DNA from: an uncultured Candidatus Sumerlaeota bacterium
GTDB lineage: Bacteria > CAYMEV01
Assembly (NCBI GenBank): GCA_964389675.1
Contig: CAYMEV010000012.1
Location: 1 to 39,328 of the forward strand
DNA: 39,328 nucleotides
Reading direction: 5' to 3'
The translations under genes were made by a program, and so were the position numbers. The notes under the pieces were generated by a model. The model did no database searches, had not been told where the DNA came from, and saw nothing but the letters and a program-made list of their open reading frames with translations. Shown here in pieces: positions 9,817 to 19,125 of this stretch. Numbering within the stretch: the stretch's first letter is position 1; every line of letters begins with the position of its first letter.

Positions 9817-11508
9817 CTATTTTAGAGTAATCTTCAGTACTTCATCAATGGTAATCATACCCTCTTTGACCTTTTTCAGGCCGCTTTCGCGGAGGGTAAG
9901 CATTCCTTCAGACCTGGCTATCTCCCTTATCTCAAGAGAGCTCTGTCCGGAAAGTATTGCCTCTTTTATGCCGTCTGTTATGGGCATTACCTCATAGCAG
10001 GCTATTCTTCCCTTGTTCCCTGTATTATTGCATGTTGGGCATCCTGTGCCCTTGTAGAACTTGAATGTGCCTATCTCCTCCTTTTCAAATCCGAGCTTCA
10101 GGAGGGACTCTATCGGGGGTGTCGGGATCTCTGTCTTGCAGTCCTTGCATATCTTCCTTGCAAGCCTCTGTGCAAGTATCAGCAGGACCGAGGATGATAC
10201 GAGGAAAGGCTCAACGCCCATGTTAAGCAGCCTGTTGACGGTACTCGGCGCATCGTTCGTGTGAAGAGTGGACAGGACCAGGTGCCCTGTAAGGGCGGCT
10301 TTTACGCCTATCTCTGCAGTTTCAAAGTCCCTTATCTCTCCAACCATTATTATATCAGGGTCCTGGCGCAGAAAGCTTCTTAATGCGCTTGCAAAGTTAA
10401 GGCCTATCTCATCCTTCATCTGTACCTGGTTTATGCCCTTGATATTGAACTCGACCGGGTCTTCAGCGGTCATTATATTGGTCTCCACCTGGTTCAGCTG
10501 GTCGAGGGCTGAGTAAAGGGTGGTCGTCTTTCCGCTACCTGTGGGGCCGGTGACAAGGACCATGCCATAGGGCTTTTTTATTGCTTCCTGAAAGTCATCC
10601 ATGGCCTTTTTCTCAAAACCGAGTTTGGTGAGATCCAGCTGGAGATTGGACTTGTCCAGGATCCTCATTACTATTTTCTCCCCATGTATGCATGGAAGGC
10701 ATGAAACACGAAGGTCAACATCCTTTCTCTGGACCCTGATCTTGATCCTTCCGTCCTGCGGAAGCCTCTTTTCTGCAATATCAAGATTGGCAAGGATCTT
10801 AAGCCTCGATGTAATGGCATCCTTGAGCTTCAATGGCGGTGTCATGTATTCATACATATCACCGTCAAGCCTGTACCTTATCCTGAAATTCTTCTCATAG
10901 GGCTCGACATGGATATCGCTGACACCTCTCTTGACAGCTTCATTCAATACAAGGTTTACAAGCCTTACAACAGGTGCATCTGTGGTGGATGCCTCCAGCG
11001 AAGCAAGGTCAATGTCCTCTTCCGTTTCCTCAACTACCTCGAGCATATCCTCCTCGAGGTCTTCCATTACCTCGGCAAGGACATTGGTTGAACCATAGAA
11101 CTTGTCTATGGCTGTGCGGATGGCTGCCTCTGATGACACTACAGGCTCAACATTATACCCTGTCATAAACTTTATGTCATCAAGGGCAAAGACATTGGAA
11201 GGGTCCGACATGGCTACAGTAAGGATAGCCCCTGTCCTGGTGACCGGTATGACCTGGTATTTTCTGGCTGTTTCCTCGGGGATAAGCCTGATGACGCTTT
11301 CCTCGATGTCAAAGCTTGAAAGGTTGATGGAAGGGACATTATACTGCTTGCTTAAAAAGCCTGTGACATCTTCTTCGTCAATATATCCGAGCTTTACAAG
11401 ATTGTACCCTACCCTGCCGCCGTTCTTCTTCTGTTCATCAAGGGCTTTCTGGAGCTGTTCTTCTGTTATCAGGCCGGCCTTTATTAATTCATCACCTAAT
11501 TTCAGCAA
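9817..11508 (-). CDS. pilB: Type IV pilus assembly ATPase
   Basis: MshEN-like N-term 'KLGDELIKAGLIT', 'PQDGRI', Walker A 'GPTGSGKTTT', 'TAEDPVE' and the tetra-Cys Zn motif (CKDC...CPTC). Confidence 0.97.
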   Translation of the reverse strand: MLKLGDELIKAGLITEEQLQKALDEQKKNGGRVGYNLVKLGYIDEEDVTGFLSKQYNVPSINLSSFDIEESVIRLIPEETARKYQVIPVTRTGAILTVAMSDPSNVFALDDIKFMTGYNVEPVVSSEAAIRTAIDKFYGSTNVLAEVMEDLEEDMLEVVEETEEDIDLASLEASTTDAPVVRLVNLVLNEAVKRGVSDIHVEPYEKNFRIRYRLDGDMYEYMTPPLKLKDAITSRLKILANLDIAEKRLPQDGRIKIRVQRKDVDLRVSCLPCIHGEKIVMRILDKSNLQLDLTKLGFEKKAMDDFQEAIKKPYGMVLVTGPTGSGKTTTLYSALDQLNQVETNIMTAEDPVEFNIKGINQVQMKDEIGLNFASALRSFLRQDPDIIMVGEIRDFETAEIGVKAALTGHLVLSTLHTNDAPSTVNRLLNMGVEPFLVSSSVLLILAQRLARKICKDCKTEIPTPPIESLLKLGFEKEEIGTFKFYKGTGCPTCNNTGNKGRIACYEVMPITDGIKEAILSGQSSLEIREIARSEGMLTLRESGLKKVKEGMITIDEVLKITLK

Positions 11509-11546
11509 TAGTATCTCCTAACAAAAAGGATATATATAATACTAAA

Positions 11547-11575
11547 AATTTACATAGCATAACACTATTTGTCAA
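11547..11575 (-). promoter_or_regulatory. Putative sigma-70 promoter of the pilB operon
   Basis: Minus strand TTGACA (11575-11570), 17-bp spacer, TAAATT (11552-11547), just upstream of the pilB RBS. Confidence 0.55.
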
Positions 11576-11602
11576 TATATTCTTTAATTTAATTGTATTA
11601 TG

Positions 11603-13132
11603 CTATATTTCTAAAAATATTCCCTTTTGATTTACTGCTTTTATAAGGCTCCTTGAATCAATAATGCTGTTAACTGCCTCAAAATCCCTGTAGAAGATTC
11701 TATCCTTCTCATAGGGCGAAATGCTCTGTCTTATGGTCTCTGATACAGCCATTGTACCGGGGCCCGGCATCAGGGGTTCCTGCAGGTATATTGCCTGCAT
11801 TCCTGCAATCAGCTCAATTCCCAGAACTGACTGTATATTGGCTGTTATCTCTGAAAGCTTCAGGGCAGAATTGGTCCCCATTGAAACATGGTCCTCCTGG
11901 CCTGCTGATGTGGATATGGAATCAACGCTGGCAGGATGGCTCAATGTCTTGCAGAAGGATACAAGGGATGCACATGTGACCTGGGGTATCATGAAGCCGG
12001 AATTAAGCCCCCCCTCCCTGGTAAGGAAAGCGGGCAGGCCTGCTTCCTGTGCCCTTGTCAGCACATCGACCCTTCTTTCTGATATACTGCCGAGGTCTGT
12101 AAGGGCAATGGCGATAAAATCCAGCACATGCGAAATGGATGCTCCGTGAAAATTGCCCCCTGAAATGACCTCCCTTTCACTGGCAAAGATAAGCGGGTTG
12201 TCCGTAACTGAGTTAAACTCGTTTTCCACTATCCCTTTTACATAATTGTAAGAATCCTTGACGGAACCATGGACCTGGGGTGCACACCTGAAGCTGTACG
12301 GGTCCTGCACCCTGTTGCAGTGTTTGTGGCTTTCTATTATTTCGCTTTTCGAACAGAGTGCATTTATATTGATTGCAGTGTTTCTCTGTCCTATGCTGTT
12401 CTTTAGCTGGTGTATCTTAGGGTCGAATGCCCTGAGCGAACCCTTGAAGCCCTCCAGGGACATTGCAAGGGCAATATCTGCATGATAAAGCAGGTTCTTT
12501 ATCCTTATAAGCTCTATTCCTGCAATGGCGGTCATTACCGGAGTCCCGTTGATCAGGGCAAGACCTTCCTTAGGGCCAAGGCTTACGGGCTTTATCTTCC
12601 TGCTTTCAAGATAATTTCTGGAAGCCTGCCTTTTTCCGTTTTCATCAATGACCTCACCCTCGCCTATAAGGACAAGCGCAAGATGCGCCAGGGGTGCAAG
12701 GTCTCCGCTTGCCCCCACTGAGCCCTTTCTGGGTATATATGGATATATATTGTTATTGATAAGCAGTTTGAGGGACTCGATAATATCTGTACTTACACCG
12801 GAATTGCCCCTTAAGAGGCAGTTAAGGCGCAGAATCATGACACCCCTTGCCTGATGATAGCTCAGCGGTTCGCCCACACCGCATGAGTGGCTCCTTATAA
12901 GGTTGGCCTGAAGGGTTTCCAGCTCTGGCCTGCTTATTACCTTGTTCTTGAAATTACCGAATCCGGTGTTTATCCCGTAAACTATCCGGCCGCTTTCTAT
13001 GATCTCAAGGACAAAATCCCTTGATTCCCTTACCTTTTTCAGAGCCGGTTCGGCAATCTTGACACCCTTCTGACTGAATACTATATCTTCAAAATCAGAA
13101 AGATTAAGGTTATAGCCGTCTAATGAAATCAT
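11603..13132 (-). CDS. hutH: Histidine ammonia-lyase
   Basis: 'YGINTGFG'; MIO-forming 'GASGDL'; His-specific 'RSH' (not FL/HL); 'QEDHVSMG'. Confidence 0.92.
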   Translation of the reverse strand: MISLDGYNLNLSDFEDIVFSQKGVKIAEPALKKVRESRDFVLEIIESGRIVYGINTGFGNFKNKVISRPELETLQANLIRSHSCGVGEPLSYHQARGVMILRLNCLLRGNSGVSTDIIESLKLLINNNIYPYIPRKGSVGASGDLAPLAHLALVLIGEGEVIDENGKRQASRNYLESRKIKPVSLGPKEGLALINGTPVMTAIAGIELIRIKNLLYHADIALAMSLEGFKGSLRAFDPKIHQLKNSIGQRNTAININALCSKSEIIESHKHCNRVQDPYSFRCAPQVHGSVKDSYNYVKGIVENEFNSVTDNPLIFASEREVISGGNFHGASISHVLDFIAIALTDLGSISERRVDVLTRAQEAGLPAFLTREGGLNSGFMIPQVTCASLVSFCKTLSHPASVDSISTSAGQEDHVSMGTNSALKLSEITANIQSVLGIELIAGMQAIYLQEPLMPGPGTMAVSETIRQSISPYEKDRIFYRDFEAVNSIIDSRSLIKAVNQKGIFLEI

Positions 13133-13146
13133 TACTTCCCCCTTTT

Positions 13147-14307
13147 TTAGTCGAAGCTTCCCCTCTTTATAAGCTCTCCTGCTATAACAAGGCTCTGTAT
13201 CTCGTTTGTGCCCTCAAATATGCGGTTTATCCTTGAATCCCTGTACATCCTTTCAACGGGGTAATCCTGCATATAACCTGCTCCTCCAAATACCTGCATG
13301 GCCATATCAACTATCTCATCAAGGGCTTCCGAACAGAAAAGCTTGCAGATCGCTGCCTGCTTCTTAAACTTCTTTTTGTTGTCAACCAGGTTTGCTGTCC
13401 TGTATACCATGGATTCCATTGCATAGGTCAGCGAAGCCATCCTTGCAATCTTCTCCTGGTTGAGCTGGAATGAGTTAATTGGTTTGTCAAACTGCACCCT
13501 CTCTGATGCAAACTTGAGGGTGAGCTCTATAAGCTCCTTGGCAGCGCCGAGACAGCCCGCGGACAGGCTTATCCTGCCATAGTCAAGGGTTTCCATTGCC
13601 ACCCTGAAGCCTCTGTTTCTCTTTCCCATAAGGTTCTCTACAGGTACCTTTACATCTTCGAAAAAGAGCTCAACAGTATGGCTTGCCCTTATGCCCATCT
13701 TCTTTTCGACCTTTCCGACCTTTACGCCTTCTGTCTTTTTTGGTTCGACTATGATCGCTGATATTCCCCCGGGCTTGATTATCTCAGTATCTGTAAGGGC
13801 AAACAGGACAAGCACATCGCAGATATCGCCGTTGGTTATCCATTGCTTTGAGCCGTTTATTATGTAATTGTCGCCGTCCGGGAGAGCTCTGGTCCTGATC
13901 CCGCCGGCATCGGAGCCTGCTGTTGATTCAGTCAGGCCGAATGCCCCAAGGTATTCACCTGTTGCCATCGGCTTTAAGTATTTTTCCTTCTGTTCAGGAG
14001 AACCGAACAGGCTGATCGACATGGCTGCCAGCCCGAGATGGGCGCCGAGCATGGTAACAAAACTTCCGCATCCCCTTGAAAGCTCTTCTAAAAGGACGCA
14101 ATAGCCTACCTCGCCCATTCCCCCGCCATCATACTCTTCCGGAAGGCTCACGCCGAAAAAGCCGGCTTCCTTTGCTTTCTCAACAAGTACCGGGTCAAGG
14201 GCACTGTTGAGGTCTGCCTCGGCAGCCCTCGGCTTAATTTCCCTGTCAGTAAACTTCTTTGCCATTTCTCTGAGCATATAATGCTCTTCTTTTAAGATAA
14301 ACTCCAT
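13147..14307 (-). CDS. Acyl-CoA dehydrogenase (short-chain/Bcd-like)
   Basis: 'FGLTESTAGSD', 'NGSKQWITNG', 'KMGIRAS', 'RVQFDKPI' and the catalytic Glu in 'IFEGTNEIQ'. Confidence 0.93.
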   Translation of the reverse strand: MEFILKEEHYMLREMAKKFTDREIKPRAAEADLNSALDPVLVEKAKEAGFFGVSLPEEYDGGGMGEVGYCVLLEELSRGCGSFVTMLGAHLGLAAMSISLFGSPEQKEKYLKPMATGEYLGAFGLTESTAGSDAGGIRTRALPDGDNYIINGSKQWITNGDICDVLVLFALTDTEIIKPGGISAIIVEPKKTEGVKVGKVEKKMGIRASHTVELFFEDVKVPVENLMGKRNRGFRVAMETLDYGRISLSAGCLGAAKELIELTLKFASERVQFDKPINSFQLNQEKIARMASLTYAMESMVYRTANLVDNKKKFKKQAAICKLFCSEALDEIVDMAMQVFGGAGYMQDYPVERMYRDSRINRIFEGTNEIQSLVIAGELIKRGSFD

Positions 14308-14334
14308 ATTAATACTCCTGAAAATTTATTATAA

Positions 14335-15198
14335 TTAGTATTTATAAAAGCCCCTGTTTGATTTGAGCCCCAGGTATCCTGCATCAACCATCCTTTTTAG
14401 GAGTATGGAAGGCTTGTACGAAGGCTCTCCAAATTCCTCATAGAATATATTCTGCACTTTAAGTATTACATCAAGCCCCACCATGTCAGCAAGCTTCAAG
14501 GGTCCCTGCGGAAGGCTGGTCGCAAGCACCATTGCATTGTCAATGTCCTCTGCAGATGCAACATTGAGCTCAAGCAGCCTTATTGCTTCCCCTATCATGG
14601 GGACCAGTATCCTGTTCACTATGAACCCTGGTGTATCCTTGGCAGAAACGGGCTCTTTGTCTATTGCCCTTATGAAAGCCATTGATTCTTCCATGGTCCT
14701 GTCATCTGTCAGGTACCCCCTGACCACTTCTACAAGTTTATTATAGAAAGCAGGATAGAAGAAATGAAGCCCTACAAACCTTGATTTTATTTTCAGGCCT
14801 TTTGCAAGCTCCGTTATTGACAGGGATGAGGTATTGCTTGCAATGATGCATTGCTCTGAAATTATATTTTCAAGCTTCTTGAATATCCCGTCCTTTATTG
14901 CCTTTTCCTCAAAAACGGCCTCAATGACCAGCTCCCTGTCTGAGAAATCATCAAGGCTTGCTGAAAGGACAAGGCTTTTTTCAAGCATGGAGGCCCTTTC
15001 AGGGGAAAGCACAGCCCTTTTCAGGGATTTCTGAATATTTTTTATAAGCCTTGAATGTGATGATCTGGCAAGGTCATCATTTATATCAAAGATCTTTATA
15101 TCAAAACCTGCCATCAGGATGGACTGGGCAATCTGGGAGCCCATTGTCCCAAGGCCTATAACACCTATTTTCTTTATTTTTGATTCTTTGTTTTCCAT
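14335..15198 (-). CDS. hbd: 3-hydroxyacyl-CoA (3-hydroxybutyryl-CoA-like) dehydrogenase
   Basis: Rossmann 'GLGTMG', 'VIEAVFE', 'ASNTSSL', catalytic His in 'GLHFFYP', 'PGFIVNR' and 'GPLKLADMVGLD'. Confidence 0.85.
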   Translation of the reverse strand: MENKESKIKKIGVIGLGTMGSQIAQSILMAGFDIKIFDINDDLARSSHSRLIKNIQKSLKRAVLSPERASMLEKSLVLSASLDDFSDRELVIEAVFEEKAIKDGIFKKLENIISEQCIIASNTSSLSITELAKGLKIKSRFVGLHFFYPAFYNKLVEVVRGYLTDDRTMEESMAFIRAIDKEPVSAKDTPGFIVNRILVPMIGEAIRLLELNVASAEDIDNAMVLATSLPQGPLKLADMVGLDVILKVQNIFYEEFGEPSYKPSILLKRMVDAGYLGLKSNRGFYKY

Positions 15199-15213
15199 AT
15201 CCCTGCCTTTCCT

Positions 15214-16461
15214 TTATTCTTCATACCTTTTTATTACGAGAGAACCATTCTGCCCACCGAAACCAAATGAATTCGAAAGCGCATAGTTTATCCTGTAATC
15301 CCTGTATCTGTTCGCAACATAATCAAGGTCGCATTCAGGGTCCTTTTCCTCATTGTTTATTGTAGGATGCAGAAAATTTTCATTTATCTGAAGGACAATG
15401 GCAATGAATTCAAATGCGCCTGCAGCCCCGAGCATATGCCCTACCATGCTTTTCGTAGAGTTTATGGGTATATTGTACGCCCTCTGGCCGAACAGGTTCT
15501 TTATTGCCCTGGTCTCAATGGAATCATTGAATGGTGTGGATGTCCCGTGAGCGTTTATATAGTCAATATCATCAAGGCTTATGCCTGCATCCCCTACAGC
15601 CCATTTCATGCATTTATAGGCGCCCTTGCCCTCAGGGTCGGGAGCTGTTATATGATATGCGTCTGCCGACATGCCATAACCGATTATCTCGGCATATATA
15701 CGGGCATTTCTCCTTTTTGCATGCTCAAGCTCTTCAAGAACCACAGCTGCTGCACCCTCTGCTATTACAAATCCTGTTCTCCTGTTGTCAAACGGCCTTG
15801 ATGCGTATTTCGGGCTTTCATACTTGCTTTCATCGGCAAGTGCATTAATTACATTAAAGCCTGCAAGGGAAAGCGGGTTTATAGCTGATTCGCATGCTCC
15901 GCCCAGTACCATGTCAGCATATCCGTCCCTGATCAGGTGGAATGAATCGCCTATTGCAATTGTACCTGTGGCACATGCGGCAACAGGAGCCTTATTCGGC
16001 CCTTTTGCGCCTATTTTTATGGATATATTGCCTGGTGCTTCATTTGCAACAATTTTTGGTATGTGAAACGGACCTACAGATTGCCAACCTGATTCAAGCA
16101 TCTTTTTATGGTCCTCAAGGAGCGTGTTCACGCCCGCAATACCTGAACCGTATACAACTCCAAGCCTGTCATTGTCATAATCTGTGTCTTTCAGGCCTGA
16201 ATCAGCAAATGCCCTTATACCGTTTATCAGTGACATGGAACAGAAGCGGTCAAGCCTCTTTATCTCCTTTTTTGACAAATGCTCCTCCGGCCTGAAATCC
16301 CTGACCTCTCCCCCTATAGTAACAGGAAGGTCATCATTCTCCTTCGTGAGTGACAGATAGTCAATGCCTGAGACTCCCTGCTTCAGGCTTTCCAGTATTG
16401 TATCCTTATTCGAACCTATAGGGCTGAATGCATCTATCCCGGTTACTACTACTCTTCTCAT
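15214..16461 (-). CDS. fabF: Beta-ketoacyl-ACP synthase II
   Basis: 'MRRVVVTG'; Cys-His-His triad ('AACATG', 'HGTST', 'GHMLG'); 'NSFGFGG'. Confidence 0.93.
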   Translation of the reverse strand: MRRVVVTGIDAFSPIGSNKDTILESLKQGVSGIDYLSLTKENDDLPVTIGGEVRDFRPEEHLSKKEIKRLDRFCSMSLINGIRAFADSGLKDTDYDNDRLGVVYGSGIAGVNTLLEDHKKMLESGWQSVGPFHIPKIVANEAPGNISIKIGAKGPNKAPVAACATGTIAIGDSFHLIRDGYADMVLGGACESAINPLSLAGFNVINALADESKYESPKYASRPFDNRRTGFVIAEGAAAVVLEELEHAKRRNARIYAEIIGYGMSADAYHITAPDPEGKGAYKCMKWAVGDAGISLDDIDYINAHGTSTPFNDSIETRAIKNLFGQRAYNIPINSTKSMVGHMLGAAGAFEFIAIVLQINENFLHPTINNEEKDPECDLDYVANRYRDYRINYALSNSFGFGGQNGSLVIKRYEE

Positions 16462-16480
16462 TTATAACCTCCTGTTTTGT

Positions 16481-17476
16481 TTAGATAATCCATCTAAGCA
16501 ATGCTCCCGCTGCAACAAGGCCTGCTCCGAAAGATGAAAGGCATACAAGCTGTCCCTTCTTCAGCAGGCCCTTCTCATACATTTCTCCGAGGCAAATGGG
16601 GATTGAAGCTGAGCTTGTATTTCCGAACCTGTCAATATTGGTGTAGAATTTGCTGAAATCCACATTCATCCTCTTTGAAGAGCTCTTAATAATTCTTATG
16701 TTTGCCTGATGAGGGACAAACCAGTCAACATCCTCAATATTATAGGGTGACCTGTTTATGCAGTCCATTGACATATCCTCAAGAGCCCCGACAGCAAACT
16801 CAAACACAGGCTGTCCCTGCATATGGAGGTAGACCTCTTTGTTCTTTATGGAATCCTGATTAAAGGGCCTGTATGTACCTCCCCCGATCGCTGTGATCAT
16901 TTCTGTCCCTTCGCCGTCAGCATAAAGTTTGGTTGCCATTATTCCCTCTTTTTCTTCCTCGACAGCATCCACTATTACAGCACCTGCTCCGTCACCGAAG
17001 AGAACGCAGGTATTACGGTCATCCCAGTCTGTGTAATGGGAGAGTATTTCCGTACCGATCACGAGGATTCTCTTGAAATTTCCGCCTCTTATGAAAGCAT
17101 CGGCAATGCTGAGTGCATATAGAAATCCCGGACAGGCGGCGGTAAGGTCAAAACAGGCTGCATTCACCGCGCCGATCTTCTGCTGAAGGTAGCATGCAGT
17201 TGACGGGCACAGCCTGTCAAAAGATATGGTCGCTATCATTATAAGGTCTATGGTTTTGGGGTCTATATTTGCATTTTTGATTGCCATATCTGCTGCATAA
17301 TAAGATATTTCCGATGTTGTCTGTCCTTCTTTTATTATGCGGCGCTCCTTTATTCCAGTTCTTTTTATTATCCATTCATTTGTGGTATCAACCATCTTTT
17401 CAAGGTCAAAATTGGTCAATATCCTTTCAGGTACATAATAACCGACTGACGTGATGCCAGCTCTTATTCCAGACAT
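16481..17476 (-). CDS. fabH: Beta-ketoacyl-ACP synthase III
   Basis: 'RTGIKERR'; Cys-His-Asn triad ('AACPGF', 'HQANIRI', 'GNTSSAS'); 'LFGDGAGA'. Confidence 0.93.
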   Translation of the reverse strand: MSGIRAGITSVGYYVPERILTNFDLEKMVDTTNEWIIKRTGIKERRIIKEGQTTSEISYYAADMAIKNANIDPKTIDLIMIATISFDRLCPSTACYLQQKIGAVNAACFDLTAACPGFLYALSIADAFIRGGNFKRILVIGTEILSHYTDWDDRNTCVLFGDGAGAVIVDAVEEEKEGIMATKLYADGEGTEMITAIGGGTYRPFNQDSIKNKEVYLHMQGQPVFEFAVGALEDMSMDCINRSPYNIEDVDWFVPHQANIRIIKSSSKRMNVDFSKFYTNIDRFGNTSSASIPICLGEMYEKGLLKKGQLVCLSSFGAGLVAAGALLRWII

Positions 17477-17479
17477 ATT

Positions 17480-18235
17480 TTAACTCCCGGCATTTAAGTT
17501 TTTTATTTTTTCGATGGATCTTTCATTCCACAGACTGAGGAATGATTCCTTCTCCAGGCTAAAATAGCCTTCGTCTTTTTTATTGAGATAGCTGTACAGC
17601 TTCTTTATTGCCCTGATATTTTCATTATCCTTATTTATAATATCCCTGCAGAACCCGTTTGTCTTTTCCTCAAACTCAAGGCTGTCGTAAATGGCATTTG
17701 CAATACCTGCATTATATGCAAATTCTGCATCTATAATGCTCCCCTTCATGGTAAGCTCAAAAGACCTGCTTAATCCTATCTTTTTTGCAAGCTTATAGAA
17801 TCCTCCCCATCCAGGAAGAACCCCAATATTGGATTCCACCAGCCCAAGCCTGGCTCTTGTTGAGAGCAGGATAAAATCACATGACAGTGCAAGCTCAAAG
17901 CCTCCGCCAAGAGCATAACCCTGGACCGCTGAAATGCTTATAATGGGAAGATTGCTGATCCTGTCAAATACAGCGTTTCCTTTGTCTATAAACCTTCCGA
18001 TAGTCTCCCTGTCTGAATCTGCATATTCAGATATTGCCGCTCCAAGGGAAAATACCTTTCTGTTTCCCCTTATAACCAGAACGCTTGTTCCTTCATAGTC
18101 TATATTGCTTAATAAAGAATCAATTTCATCTATCAGGTCAATACTTATATAATTCTTATTTGGTGTTTTTGTTTTTATTTCAATATTCAGGATTTTGCCG
18201 TCTTTTGCGACAGCAATGTTTTCATATTGCTTCAT
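17480..18235 (-). CDS. Enoyl-CoA hydratase/isomerase (crotonase family)
   Basis: 'GYALGGGFELALSCD' and 'GLVESNIGVLPGWGG', with both catalytic Glu present. Confidence 0.88.
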   Translation of the reverse strand: MKQYENIAVAKDGKILNIEIKTKTPNKNYISIDLIDEIDSLLSNIDYEGTSVLVIRGNRKVFSLGAAISEYADSDRETIGRFIDKGNAVFDRISNLPIISISAVQGYALGGGFELALSCDFILLSTRARLGLVESNIGVLPGWGGFYKLAKKIGLSRSFELTMKGSIIDAEFAYNAGIANAIYDSLEFEEKTNGFCRDIINKDNENIRAIKKLYSYLNKKDEGYFSLEKESFLSLWNERSIEKIKNLNAGS

Positions 18236-18248
18236 GTTAAGACTCCGG

Positions 18249-18279
18249 ATAAGAAAGGGGGAACAGGCCCCCCTCTTAT
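18249..18279 (-). terminator. Intrinsic terminator-like hairpin after acpP
   Basis: Minus strand ATAAGAGGGGGG-CCTG-TTCCCCCTTTCTTAT: a G/C stem with a U-rich tail, between acpP and the crotonase gene. Confidence 0.55.
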
Positions 18280-18290
18280 TTTTTCAGTTT

Positions 18291-18524
18291 TCAGGATTTT
18301 TTTTCTTGGATATAGTTGACGAAATCTTTTACAGTGACTAATTTATTGAGGTCTTCTCTCTTAATCTCGACATCCCACTTTTCTTTAACATCCATTCCTA
18401 AATCCATGACATCAAGAGAATCAGCGCCTAAATCCTGCAGTGTTGTTGTTTCTGAGATCTCTGATTCATCTTTTTCGAACTGGTCTGCCAATAAAGCAAC
18501 AAATTCGCTGTAAATATCTGCCAT
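18291..18524 (-). CDS. acpP: Acyl carrier protein
   Basis: 77 aa, acidic; phosphopantetheine site 'LGADSLD'; strong AGGAGG RBS. Confidence 0.92.
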   Translation of the reverse strand: MADIYSEFVALLADQFEKDESEISETTTLQDLGADSLDVMDLGMDVKEKWDVEIKREDLNKLVTVKDFVNYIQEKKS

Positions 18525-18572
18525 TTATCTTCCTCCTATTTTATTTTTATTGTGAACATAAATTTTTTACAA

Positions 18573-18600
18573 ATAATAATTTTTTAAGATTTCATGTCAA
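18573..18600 (-). promoter_or_regulatory. Putative sigma-70 promoter of the acpP operon
   Basis: Minus strand TTGACA (18600-18595), 16-bp spacer, TATTAT (18578-18573). Confidence 0.5.
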
Positions 18601-18821
18601 TACTAATATTTTAATTATTAATCAAGATTTTTTTCATTATGTCTTTATATTACATTTTAAATAAAAGCAAAATAATTTTATGGCATCGGGATATAAATAA
18701 GCATCATCAGACTCAATTAAAGCCCCCGGGATTTTGAACCTTTTATAAATACCTGTATTATATGGTGTTTAAGTAAATTTATTACAGGCCTTAGACTGCC
18801 GGAAAAAAAAATTTGCCTCCT

Positions 18822-18875
18822 GGATTTTAAAAAATCCGTAAAAATGCGGTTTTTAAACTTTGAAAATTTTTCAAA
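18822..18875. repeat. Cluster of palindromes upstream of HTH-parA (candidate operator or centromere)
   Basis: GGATTTT-AA-AAAATCC (18822-18837) and TTTGAAAA-T-TTTTCAAA (18859-18875); extra GGATTTT half-sites at 18729 and 18888. Confidence 0.45.
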
Positions 18876-18880
18876 AAAGC

Positions 18881-18909
18881 TTGCTATGGATTTTTTCTTT
18901 TAGTATAGT
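18881..18909 (+). promoter_or_regulatory. Putative sigma-70 promoter for the parA-parB-rep module
   Basis: TTGCTA (18881-18886), 17 bp, TATAGT (18904-18909); a second candidate TTGATG-17-TATTAT lies at 19038-19066. Confidence 0.5.
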
Positions 18910-19125
18910 AAAAGGTGTAATTAATAAAGTGGTCTTATTAAATATTTTTAATTATGCTGTTTATCAATATTACAGGCTTTAGAAATTATAAGTCTATAAT
19001 ATAAAGCTATTTACAAATATAATATTATTATTGTTTTTTGATGACAGCTTTTTTTATTTGTATTATATATATTATTTCTTAACTGAATATTAATAATTTT
19101 AATATACTAAATTTTGGATAGTTCG

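Noticed and set aside
11603-13132. PAL/TAL assignment implying an aryl-polyene or stilbene cluster
   Set aside because: The specificity residues are SH and QEDHVS (histidine type), and no aryl-CoA ligase or chain-length factor is present.
2569-17122. Numerous plus-strand ORFs of 60-160 aa in the ORF track (and similar shadow ORFs further right, e.g. 22288-22572 and 28687-29085)
   Set aside because: They are antisense or out-of-frame shadows of well-supported genes, with no recognisable motifs.
13147-18524. Polyketide beta-branching cassette or methoxymalonyl-ACP extender cassette
   Set aside because: There is no HMG-CoA synthase homologue, FabF retains its catalytic Cys, and no FkbH-like protein or PKS is in the window.
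18525-19113. Conventional DnaA-box oriC in the 590-bp AT-rich gap
   Set aside because: No TTWTNCACA matches found by eye; the gap is explained by divergent promoters and palindromes.
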